DNA of 64,000 bases from Octopus sinensis (lineage: Eukaryota), in the NCBI RefSeq assembly GCF_006345805.1, contig NC_043003.1, positions 43,152,001 through 43,216,000 on the forward strand, given 5' to 3'. Of this stretch, positions 26,616 to 36,775 are shown one piece after another. Below the pieces are notes generated by a model, which worked only from the letters and a program-made list of their open reading frames with translations, did no database searches and had not been told where the DNA came from. Position 1 is the first letter of the stretch. Each line of letters opens with the position of its first letter. The position numbers and the translations under genes were made by a program.

Positions 26616-27794
26616 TATGTTATGTTTGTATATAATATAATTTTCTTATTTTTATCGATCCAATCGTTATAACAATTATATCCTTCTTCATCTATGTGTT
26701 CCGGTAGCATTCGCGAATACGTATAAGCTACTAATTAATGATTTAATGTATCCGACTATTTCTTGCCCTTTTTATGATTATAAGTTCTGTTTTGTACAAT
26801 GCTTCTAATCATACGAGCTAATTTCAAACTAGGTGTAGCGTTGAGAAATATTACTGTCTAAAACCGGCACTTGGCCATTTACCAACACTGAATTTCATGT
26901 TGTTTTCGTTTAATCATCCATTCTAGAACCTGCTGCAGTATATGGGGCTCATTTAGACCACACTGTTGATAGTTCAACATTTTTGTTGGTCCTCTGTGTA
27001 CTCTGATCCAATCCAGAATTCTAATCACTGAAACAAAACCTTTTTACTGTAGTTCAAAGATGTATAGTTCTCATCAGATATAATAGGTTCTTCACCAGAA
27101 GTTTATTTTTAAGATCTCGAACATAAAGCATAATGGAGAAGAAAAGCTAAATTCATTACTTTGTTTTAACTCGTATTTCGATATCTAGTAGGGAAATTTT
27201 CCACGACGCTTCCAGTAAGGCAAGTCAACAGATACCTCGATGCCTTAGCGCAAGCATTTACCCACTGTGTTCTATGGAACACTACGTTTCCTTGAAAAAA
27301 AGTATCCTGAATTTCGCGAGATAAGATGTCATGAAAAAAATAAGTAAATACCACTTTATTTTATGGAAAAATGATATTTACCAGTTTCAAAACAAGTGAT
27401 AATGTGATTTTTATACGAGAATATTGTCTCATTAACATATATTTTGATTCATTTAATGGAATATTAAAATTTGTGATAGGAGATTTCTTTAAAAATTATT
27501 AGTATTGTTTCTGTGATATTTTGAAAAATCGGATAAAAATAGCCTTGTTGCCATAAAATAATTTGGGGAACTGCAACACTTTTAGATAGGGTTTATTTTG
27601 TGTTACGTATATGGGATTTTATTCACTGCAATAATATGAATTAGAAGCGTAAAATAAAATAAAATAGCAGTAAACACGGTTTTCTACAATTATGAATATA
27701 AAAGTGTCAGAACAATATGGAAATATAATCCTCTCGTAAACGGACAGGATTCAAATCTCACAGAGGTGTAACAATTTACCCAATATGAGAAGCT

Positions 27795-28490
27795 GTAAAT
27801 TCTTTTCTACTCTAGGCAAAATGCCCTAAGTTTTTGGGAAAGGGTCCAGTCGATTAGATCGACCCCAGTATGCAATTGGTACTTAATTTATCGACCCCGA
27901 AAGAATGAAAAACAAAGTCGATCTCGACGGAATTTCAACTCAGGACCTAAAAAAGACGAAGTACTTATTTCTTTACTACCCAAAAGGGGTTACACACAGA
28001 GAGGATAAACAAGGACAGACACACGGATTAAATCGATTATATCGACTCCAATGTGCAACTGGTACTTATTTAATCGACCCCGAATGGATGAAAGGCAAAG
28101 TCGACCTCGGCGGAATTTGAACTCAGAACGTAACGGCAGACGAAATACCGCTAAGCATTTCGTGCGGCGTGCTAACGTTTCTTATTTCTGTATTTCCCAC
28201 AAGGGTTTAAACATACAGGGGACAAACAACGAGAGACAAAGGGATTAAATCGATTACATCGACCCCAGAGCGTAACTGGTTCTTAATTTACCGACCCCGA
28301 AAGATGAAAGGCAAAGTCGATCTAGGCAGAATTTGAACTCAGAACGTAACGACAGACGAAATACCTATTTCTTTACTACCCACAAGGACAAACAAGGACA
28401 GACAAACGGATTATGTCGATTATATCGACCCCAGTGCGTAATTGGTACTTATTTAATCGACCCCGAAAGGATGAAAGGCAAAGTCAACCT
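27795..28490 (-). mobile_element. SINE family A, head-to-tail multimer of about four body units
   Basis: The block ATCGACCCCGAAAGGATGAAAGGCAAAGTCGA recurs four times. The unit junctions fall at CGAAATACC (28141 and 28357, with a variant at 27957). Confidence 0.85.
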
Positions 28491-28492
28491 CA

Positions 28493-28630
28493 GCTTTCTT
28501 CCCAACCGCATGGTTCCGGATTCAGGTCCACTGTGTGGTACCATGGGCAGATGTTTTCTACTATAGCTTAGGGCCGACAAAAACCTTCTGAGTAGATTTG
28601 ATGCACGGAAACTGAAAGAAGACTGTCGTG
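28493..28630 (+). mobile_element. SINE family B, partial
   Basis: AACCGCATGGTTCCGGATTCAG..TTCTACTATAGC..GGAAACTGAAAGAAG matches the 9718 copy. Confidence 0.75.
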
Positions 28631-28644
28631 ACATTTTTATGTAT

Positions 28645-29670
28645 CATGTGGGTCATTCTGAAGGTGGACATAGCATAAAATCGCAAAAAGCCTTGAGATC
28701 CCGCTTTCTACAGTTAATAGAGTGATTGTGCGATTCACCAGATAGGAGAAGGATTTCACATCACCTTACCCAGATCAACCAGTGCCCACTGGCAGGATCT
28801 TTCTTTTTGTAAGAGAAGTATGGAGTATAATCCTCGTTGCAAGGTGGAACAATTTGAAGAGCGGCTGTCAGGTATCTCCACAAACTTGGCTACTATGGCA
28901 GAGCAGCAAGAAGGAAGCCGCTTCTTCTACCAGACAACATCAAGTGTAAAAAAGATTGGGCCAGTGAGATGGTGGAGAGGCCGTTAGAATTTTGGGAGAC
29001 TGTCATATTCTCTGATGAATCCAGATGTGCTGTATTTCTTGACAGTGGTCGAGTGTGGGTCTGGAGACTGTGGTCAAACATTCGATGTGACAAGATTGCA
29101 ACCAACAATGAAACATGGCAGCTGTTCTGTGATGGTCTGGGGGAATAATTTGGAGCAAAGGTTGATCAGAGGTGGTGGAGTCTGAGGGAAACATAAACTC
29201 AAATATATAAGTGTCCACATTGCAGAGAGAACTCCTACCAAAATTTCAGTTGTAAAATAATTAAAGTAGGCTCTTTATTTATTGAAGATAGAACTCCTTG
29301 TCACACAGCTAAAATGACCCAAGATTTGTTGTATGAAAATGGCATTAAAAAACTTCCATAGCTAAGCCAGTCTCCAGATATGGACCCTATTGAACATCTC
29401 TGGTACATAATGGACAATACATTTTATAAAAAGATCAAGAAAGCATCTTCAAAGGTAGATCTTATGAGATTACTGCATGAAACTTGCCAAGAAATTCCCC
29501 GGGAGAATATTCGTCATCTGATCAATTACACGCCTAATAGGGCCCTTGCATGTCTACTAAATATTAAACATTCACATTATAAAAAATAATAAATAATTTG
29601 AATGTATATATTCAGATTTTAATAAATTTTAATGATTATAAATTGTGTTTACTTACTTTTGCCATCTGTG
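28645..29670 (+). mobile_element. Decayed Tc1-family transposon (DD34E)
   Basis: HTH IAKSLEIPLSTVNRVI, then LGYYGRAARRKPLL, WETVIFSDESR and KHGSCSVMVWG. In EDRTPCH...SQSPDMDPIEHLW I counted 34 residues between D and E, one of them now a stop. A TIR-like end TTACTTACTTTTGCCATCTGTG lies at 29649-29670. Confidence 0.92.
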
Positions 29671-29703
29671 TGTGTATATATATAAATAGAGATAGATTGT
29701 TAT

Positions 29704-29735
<32 letters not shown>

Positions 29736-29740
29736 ATATA

Positions 29741-32700
29741 TTCCTCTGATCCTTTGGTCTAGTCTTCCACTACCCTCCTATTTCTTTGTCTCGCTCTGCA
29801 CTCACAGGTCATTCTTCGACACCCATCCCTTCTCTCTCTGATTCCTTTTCTCTCTCTCTCTCTCTCTCTTTGTTGCGTTTTGTCCCCCTTTTCTCTCTCT
29901 CTCTTCCTTTGCTTCTCTTTCTTTTCTTTTCCCTCTTCTCTGTCACGTGACTGTTGGCCGAAATCTGCCTTTCAGCTCCTGACCCTCGTCGTGTTAACAT
30001 CGTTGTTCTTCGTCCGCCGCTATAAAGGCTTTTTCCAATGCGCCAGAGAAAAAATTTGTTTGCTTGTTATCAGTCGTAAGACACTTGTTGTTTTCACCGT
30101 TAATGCTTCTGTATTTCATGTTTCTGTATTCCATTATTGTTTTTTGTTTTTTTTATATCTGTCCCTTTTGCTGTCCTGGTGTTCGTATGCATTCGATCCT
30201 TCTTCCAGGAAATCTACGCTTCCAGCTTAGTTTTTCTTGGAGGGCTGGCCGTGATCTAGTAATCTCAAGATTAATCAGCCGAAATTACTACGATGATCCG
30301 GTTCTTGACTGAAGACTGAGGGGTTCGAATGTCCTGTCCATGTTTATTGTATCGTCTTCTATGAGTTATACGTTCTTGTCCATGTTGTATTTTTCTACAT
30401 ACCTTAACATATATTCCAGGCGCCCCGTACCCCCTTTATCATTAATGTGAACACATATTCTTAATAATTGGTACGACTCTCTGTTTGTCTCTCTCTCTCT
30501 CTCTCATTTTTACTTTCTCTCTATTCATCTTCTCTTTCCTCTGATCCTTTGGTCTAGTCTTCCACTACCCTCCTATTTCTTTGTCTCGCTCTGCACTCAC
30601 AGGTCATTCTTCGACACCCATCCCTTCTCCTCTCTGATTCCTTCTTTCTCTCTCTTCTCTCTCTTTGTTGCGTTTTGTCCCCCTTTTCTCTCTCTCTCTT
30701 CCTTTGCTTCTCTTTCTTTTCTTTTCCCTCTTCTCTGTCACGTGACTGTTGGCCGAAATCTGCCTTTCAGCTCCTGACCCTCGTCGTGTTAACATCGTTG
30801 TTCTTCGTCCGCCGCTATAAAGGCTTTTTCCAATGCGCCAGAGAAAAAATTTGTTTGCTTGTTATCAGTCGTAAGACACTTGTTGTTTTCACCGTTAATG
30901 CTTCTGTATTTCATGTTTCTGTATTCCATTATTGTTTTTTTTTTTTTATATCTGTCCCTTTTGCTGTCCTGGTGTTCGTATGCATTCGATCCTTCTTCCA
31001 GGAAATCTACGCTTCCAGCTTAGTTTTTCTTGGAGGGCTGGCCGTGATCTAGTAATCTCAAGATTAATCAGCCGAAATTACTACGATGATCCGGTTCTTG
31101 ACTGAAGACTGAGGGGTTCGAATGTCCTGTCCATGTTTATTGTATCGTCTTCTATGAGTTATACGTTCTTGTCCATGTTGTATTTTTCTACATACCTTAA
31201 CATATATTCCAGGCGCCCCGTACCCCCTTTATCATTAATGTGAACACATATTCTTAATAATGGTACGACTCTCTGTTTGTCTCTCTCTCTCTCTCTCATT
31301 TTTACTTTCTCTCTATTCATCTTCTCTTTCCTCTGATCATTTGGTCTAGTCTTCCACTACCCTCCTATTTCTTTGTCTCGCTCTGCACTCACAGGTCATT
31401 CTTCGACACCCATCCCTTCTCCTCTCTGATTCCTTCTTCTCTCTCTTCTCTCTCTTTGTTGCGTTCTGTCCCCCTTTTCTCTCTCTCTCTTCCTTTGCTT
31501 CTCTTTCTTTTCTTTTCCTCTTCTCTGTCACGTGACTGTTGGCCGAAATCTGCCTTTCAGCTCCTGACCCTCGTCGTGTTAACATCGTTGTTCTTCGTCC
31601 GCCGCTATAAAGGCTTTTTCCAATGCGCCAGAGAAAAAATTTGTTTGCTTGTTATCAGTCGTAAGACACTTGTTGTTTTCACCGTTAATGCTTCTGTATT
31701 TCATGTTTCTGTATTCCATTATTGTTTTTTGTTTTTTTTATATCTGTCCCTTTTGCTGTCTGGTGTTCGTATGCATTCGATCCTTCTTCCAGGAAATCTA
31801 CGCTTCCAGCTTAGTTTTTCTTGGAGGGCTGGCCGTGATCTAGTAATCTCAAGATTAATCAGCCGAAATTACTACGATGATCCGGTTCTTGACTGAAGAC
31901 TGAGGGGTTCGAATGTCCTGTCCATGTTTATTGTATCGTCTTCTATGAGTTATACGTTCTTGTCCATGTTGTATTTTTCTACATACCTTAACATATATTC
32001 CAGGCGCCCCGTACCCCCTTTATCATTAATGTGAACACATATTCTTAATAATTGGTACGACTCTCTGTTTGTCTCTCTCTCTCTCTCTCATTTTTACTTT
32101 CTCTCTATTCATCTTCTCTTTCCTCTGATCCTTTGGTCTAGTCTTCCACTACCCTCCTATTTCTTTGTCTCGCTCTGCACTCGCAGGTCATTCTTCGACA
32201 CCCATCCCTTCTCCTCTCTGATTCCTTCTTTCTCTCTCTTCTCTCTCTTTGTTGCGTTCTGTCCCCCTTTTCTCTCTCTCTCTTCCTTTGCTTCTCTTTC
32301 TTTTCTTTTCCCTCTTCTCTGTCACGTGACTGTTGGCCGAAATCTGCCTTTCAGCTCCTGACCCTCGTCGTGTTAACATCGTTGTTCTTCGTCCGCCGCT
32401 ATAAAGGCTTTTTCCAATGCGCCAGAGAAAAAATTTGTTTGCTTGTTATCAGTCGTAAGACACTTGTTGTTTTCACCGTTAATGCTTCTGTATTTCATGT
32501 TTCTGTATTCCATTATTGTTTTTTGTTTTTTTTATATCTGTCCCTTTTGCTGTCCTGGTGTTCGTATGCATTCGATCCTTCTTCCAGGAAATCTACGCTT
32601 CCAGCTTAGTTTTTCTTGGAGGGCTGGCCGTGATCTAGTAATCTCAAGATTAATCAGCCGAAATTACTACGATGATCCGGTTCTTGACTGAAGACTGAGG

Positions 32701-32785
32701 GGTTCGAATGTCCTGTCCATGTTTATTGTATCGTCTTCTATGAGTTATACGTTCTTGTCCATGTTGTATTTTTCTACATACCTTA

Positions 32786-32786
<1 letters not shown>
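29741..32786. repeat. Tandem array of four 790-795 bp units between (TA)n tracts, probably a PLE-related multimer
   Basis: The anchor GTCACGTGAC occurs at 29942, 30737, 31527 and 32321. A body of about 665 bp occurs four times and a linker of about 130 bp three times. The unit end is homologous to 2445-2566. The PLE origin is inferred. Confidence 0.9.
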
Positions 32787-32811
<25 letters not shown>

Positions 32812-32816
<5 letters not shown>

Positions 32817-32990
32817 ATCCAAACAAGAAAACACAAAAAACACAACAACGCGAGGACGTGGAACAAATATAGTATTATTGGACGCTCAGGAAAGAAGGAA
32901 AGAATGAGGGTTTTACGTTTCGAGCGGAGCTCTTCGTCGGAAACATAGGAGAAGGAAAGATCCAGAGAAGGGAAGACAGAGGAAAAACAC
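32812..32990 (-). mobile_element. PLE pLTR-like fragment carrying a hammerhead motif
   Basis: Follows a (TA)n tract and contains the HHR at 32910-32944. Confidence 0.65.
32910..32944 (-). ncRNA. Minimal type I hammerhead motif, core mutated U4->C in this copy
   Basis: GTTT-CCGACGA-A-GAGC-TCC-GCTC-GAAAC-GT-A-AAAC. Helix I is GTTT/AAAC, helix II has 4 bp, helix III is the palindrome ACGT, and the triplet is GUA. Confidence 0.65.
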
Positions 32991-33779
32991 ATTTTGAATA
33001 ACCGGAAGGAAGTGGGTGAAGAAAAGTTCTTTCAAACACAGGAGAGTGGTAGAGGAGCAGAAATATGTGTGTAAGTGTGGATATGTGCGTGCGCGGTGGT
33101 CTGCGTGTGCGTGTGTGTGTATGTGTGCAATGATAACACGTGTGTGTGTGCGTGTGTGTGTGTATGGGTGTGTGGTTGTGGCTGTTAATCTTTGCGTGTT
33201 GTAGGACTAGTAGTGTTTAAGGTCAAGGAAGAAGGAATTGAGAGTCAGTAATAGATACTGCTAGTCTGAAGTATGTGTGTGTGTGTGCCTGTATATATAT
33301 GTATCGTGTGTGTGTTTTGTTTGTAGTGTTTGTGTATGTATGTGTGTGTGTGCACGGCAAATGAAAGCCGGGAGATGGAATATACGGGAATTTATTAATA
33401 TTAACGACAATTGTTTCGATACATCTAGCATCGATCCCTCATGGTTGGGACTTCAACAACTGGTTCAGGAGCATACGGTGGTGCAGATATATCACGTCGG
33501 GGATAAATATATACAACTCATTAAGATAACAGTTCTGCAATGTAACTTATCGTTTTGTAGAAAGAAACGAAACCAGACGGAGGAAATATCTTCATTGATA
33601 TGGAAGATCAAAATTAAAAAGATAAACAAACACGCAATTTAGCGAGAAAAGTATCAAAAATAACCGTTAACAAGTATAGATGTGTAAACGCCCTCGGACA
33701 AGCTGCATGGCGCGAGTACGCTCGCTCATTCGCAAAAATGTGAGCATATATATAAATAGGCCTGGTATATGTATAGACG

Positions 33780-33990
33780 AATGTTGAGGTAGTTTGATCA
33801 CATGGAGGGGATAGATGAGGAACGGATGGTAAGGAAAGTGATGAGGGCAGAAGTGGTAGGCAGCAGAACCAGAAGCAGACTTCGGTTTGTGTAGATGGCT
33901 GGATTGAGGAAAGCTTCGGTGGTTAGAGGTGCTGGAGTGAGAAAGTGAAGAAAGTTTATAAATGACAAGAAAGGTTGGAGAGTGTTTCTG
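33780..33990 (+). mobile_element. RTE LINE, decayed 3' ORF fragment
   Basis: LR*FDHMEGIDEERMVRKVMRAEVVGSRTRSRLRF resembles the RTE C-terminal motif LRWFGHxERM..GxRxRGRPR. Confidence 0.7.
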
Positions 33991-35019
33991 GACGGATGAA
34001 TGAATTTCTTGTTGCTCAAAATGGTACGGAACAAGCATGATGCGGTGGGGGAAAACCAGCATATGCTGTCGGTCCCCGCTGCTAATATTTAGGGTTGAGT
34101 TCTATGCCTTGACCCGAGCATAGAACGGGGCCCGTCTCTTTGAACTGGGAAATGAATGGAATGGTTCGTGTGTGTTTTTTTGTGGTTACCCCTCCTAAAA
34201 ATGAGGAACAGGCCTGGGTATTTTTTAATATATATACATATACATATATGTGTGTTTGTATATATCAGAACATTATACACACACACACATATATATGTAC
34301 GAATGTATGCATGCTTGCGTCTACGAGCATGTGTGAGCGAGATTTTCGTCGGTATATTTGCGTGTTTATATTTAAAAAAAAGTATATGCATGTGAAATAT
34401 TATATTTTAAATTCTTATCTTCAATACGAATGTTGTGATATAAGACAACTGGTTTTACGAATCGACTTTATATACAAGCATATAAGGTTCGAGATTATTG
34501 ATCGGATTACTGACTGGCACAATGTTATTGTAAAAACTAAAACATAGCTGAATGACTGTTGGTATTACTCTCAGCTTTCATCTGCTGAATATTCCGAGAT
34601 TTATAAAAACGATAGCTGCATATATTGTGCTGAATGACGTTATCAGATTATAATATACAGACGCAACCACAAATAGAAAGTTCCCTATATAAGTACACAC
34701 ACACACACACACACACAAAATTGCATATGGACACTTGTGGTTGAGAAAACTAAAGAAAGTCTCTTAATCTTCTTATTTACTTAATTTTATTGTTGTTTTT
34801 GTATTGGTCGTTCTTTTGTAGTCCACGTCAAGCCTGATCCAGGATATATGTTATGATTAAGACATACTAGCTTATGACCAATGAAACTTTTTTTTTCCTG
34901 AAGGCATAAGGTATGGTGTTTAGAAATGCATTACCGCAATATGTAACTTTTTAATTTTAGCACTGTGTGAAGCTTTATTCGTGGCTCACACTTCTATCGA
35001 TATATCTGAATCTTGTAGT

Positions 35020-35345
35020 AGTAGTTAGTAATATTATCAGCAATAGTAGTAGTACATAGTAGTAGTAGCAGCAGTAGTAGTAGTAATTAGTAGTAGCAGT
35101 AGCAGTAATAGTAGTAGTAGCAGCAGTAGCAGTTGTAGTACTTACTGATATTATCAGCAGTAGTAGTAGTAGTACTTAGTAGTAGTAGCAGCAGTAGTAG
35201 TAGTAGTACTTAGTAGTAGTAGCAGCAGTAGTAGTAGTAGTGGTTGTAGCCAGTAGTAGTTAGTAATAGTAGTGGTAGTAGTAATAGTATTAGTAGTAGT
35301 ACCTGTAGCTAGTAATAGTTAGTAGTAGTAGTAGTTGTAGTAATA
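35020..35345. repeat. Imperfect (AGT/AGC)n microsatellite
   Basis: Visible directly in the sequence. Confidence 0.9.
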
Positions 35346-35399
35346 GAAATGGTTACACTATCCATACAGTGTAAAGAGAGGGGTTGCTCAGTACCAAAA

Positions 35400-36140
35400 A
35401 CATTGTGCAAAAATATAAATAGCAATCGTGATGCACACCACAAAGAAATGATCAAGCTCAATAACGATCTGTTAAGCAACAACTACCCTAAAAGTATACT
35501 ATCCACTCCAATTATGAAGAAGAGAGAGGATGAGGCTAATAAATTGTCCATAGTCTGTCTACCTAATGTGAAAGGCTTCTCCGAAAAGATACAAAATATA
35601 TGCGGCACAATATGACATCAGGACAGTATTCAAGAGTAATACAACGCTTCGCAAATATTTCCTTCGGCTAAAACCACCAATAGAATAGAATATGACCAAA
35701 GACTGTGTGTACTCCATCCCATGTAGCTGTGGTAGGCTATACAAAGGCGAAACATGCCGCCCCCTCAAAATAAGGGTAGACGAACATCGCAAAGCTGTGA
35801 CACGAAGAGATATTGATAAATCGGGTATAGCTGATCATGTGGGATGAAGTTAAAATAATAGACAGAGATGACCACTGGAAAATACGAAAACTAAAAGAAG
35901 CAGCACATATGCTAGGACACCCACAACCTCCTAAGCAGACGGAGTGCTGATATGAGCAGCATATGGGAACCGGTATTAAGGAAGGATAGAAAAATATTAG
36001 ATTTATCAGCCCTAAAATTCACTCCATAATTGTCCAAGGGGATTTGGCCTAGTTGTTAAGAGCGTGGGCTGCTAACCCCAAAATTCCGAGTTCGATTACA
36101 AGCAGTAACCTGAATAATAATAATAATATATATCTTAGGA
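35400..36140 (+). mobile_element. 5'-truncated, decayed Penelope-like element (Poseidon/Penelope type) with tRNA-like 3' region
   Basis: IVCLPNVKGFSEKI, RTVFKSNTTL, CVYSIPCSCGRLYKGETCRPLKIRVDEHRKA, KSGIADH and WDEVKIID..RKLKEAAH form a GIY-YIG domain without the Cys linker. It has frameshifts and a stop, and the final in-frame TAA is at 36027-36029. Confidence 0.88.
36045..36105 (+). promoter_or_regulatory. tRNA-Ser(GCT)-like sequence with Pol III A and B boxes (not a functional tRNA)
   Basis: A-box-like TGGCCTAGTTG, anticodon-like loop GGG-CTGCTAA-CCC, and B-box-like GAGTTCGATTAC. There is no acceptor stem or long variable arm. Confidence 0.65.
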
Positions 36141-36578
36141 TTAAGAGCCCAAATGTATCTGTTTTCGGTTTACTGTACCCCGTACTCTATTATGCATTAC
36201 AACTATTTTAAAGATTAAATAGTGTTTTTAGGCCAATCATTATGCGTAAGATTAATTATAAAGTGAGTTAGATATCGTGGTTGACATATCAGAGCTGTTT
36301 TCTAAATTATATATATACCATTATGCACATGAATTATTTAGAACACTTATGCCATCACAATGTTGTCCAATAAGAAAGAATAAGTCACAACCGGTTCATT
36401 TAGTATAATTCAGATCCATATTCATATGGATATATTTGAGTAACATTATTGTTATCAGGCTGGTAACTTCATATCATATCACTAGCATTATATTGGAGTT
36501 ATTGAATAGTTTAATACTGAAATAGAAATAACGTTGCTTCATGCCCCTGTGATATTAGAAAATAATGTAATTGTGTTA

Positions 36579-36775
36579 AGGCGGCGAGCTGACAGAAACG
36601 TTAGCACGCCGGGCGGAATGCTAAGCGTTACTTCGTCAGTCTTTATGTTCAGAGTCGAAATTCCACCGAGGTCGTCTTTGCCTTTCATAATTTCGGGGTG
36701 AATTAATTAAGTACCAGTTGCCTACTGGTGTCTCTCATCCAAATTTTCGGGTTTTGTGCCGAGAGCAGAAAAGAA
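36579..36775 (+). mobile_element. SINE family A
   Basis: GGCGGCGAGCTGACAGAAACGTTAGCACGCCGGG..TTCCACCGAGGTCG..AAGTACCAGTTG. Confidence 0.85.

Noticed and set aside
30300-30340. CTGAAGA..TTCGAATGTCC in each array unit and at 2504-2535 as a hammerhead
   Set aside because: It has GAAT instead of GAAA, no credible helix II and no helix I.
27795-32786. Regularly spaced repeats as a CRISPR-like array
   Set aside because: The units are 180-800 bp SINE or tandem repeats without unique spacers or cas genes, in eukaryotic DNA.
36045-36105. tRNA-like heads (also 13627, 15163, 21658 and 58700) as functional tRNA genes
   Set aside because: They have no complete cloverleaf or acceptor stem, and they continue into SINE or pLTR bodies.
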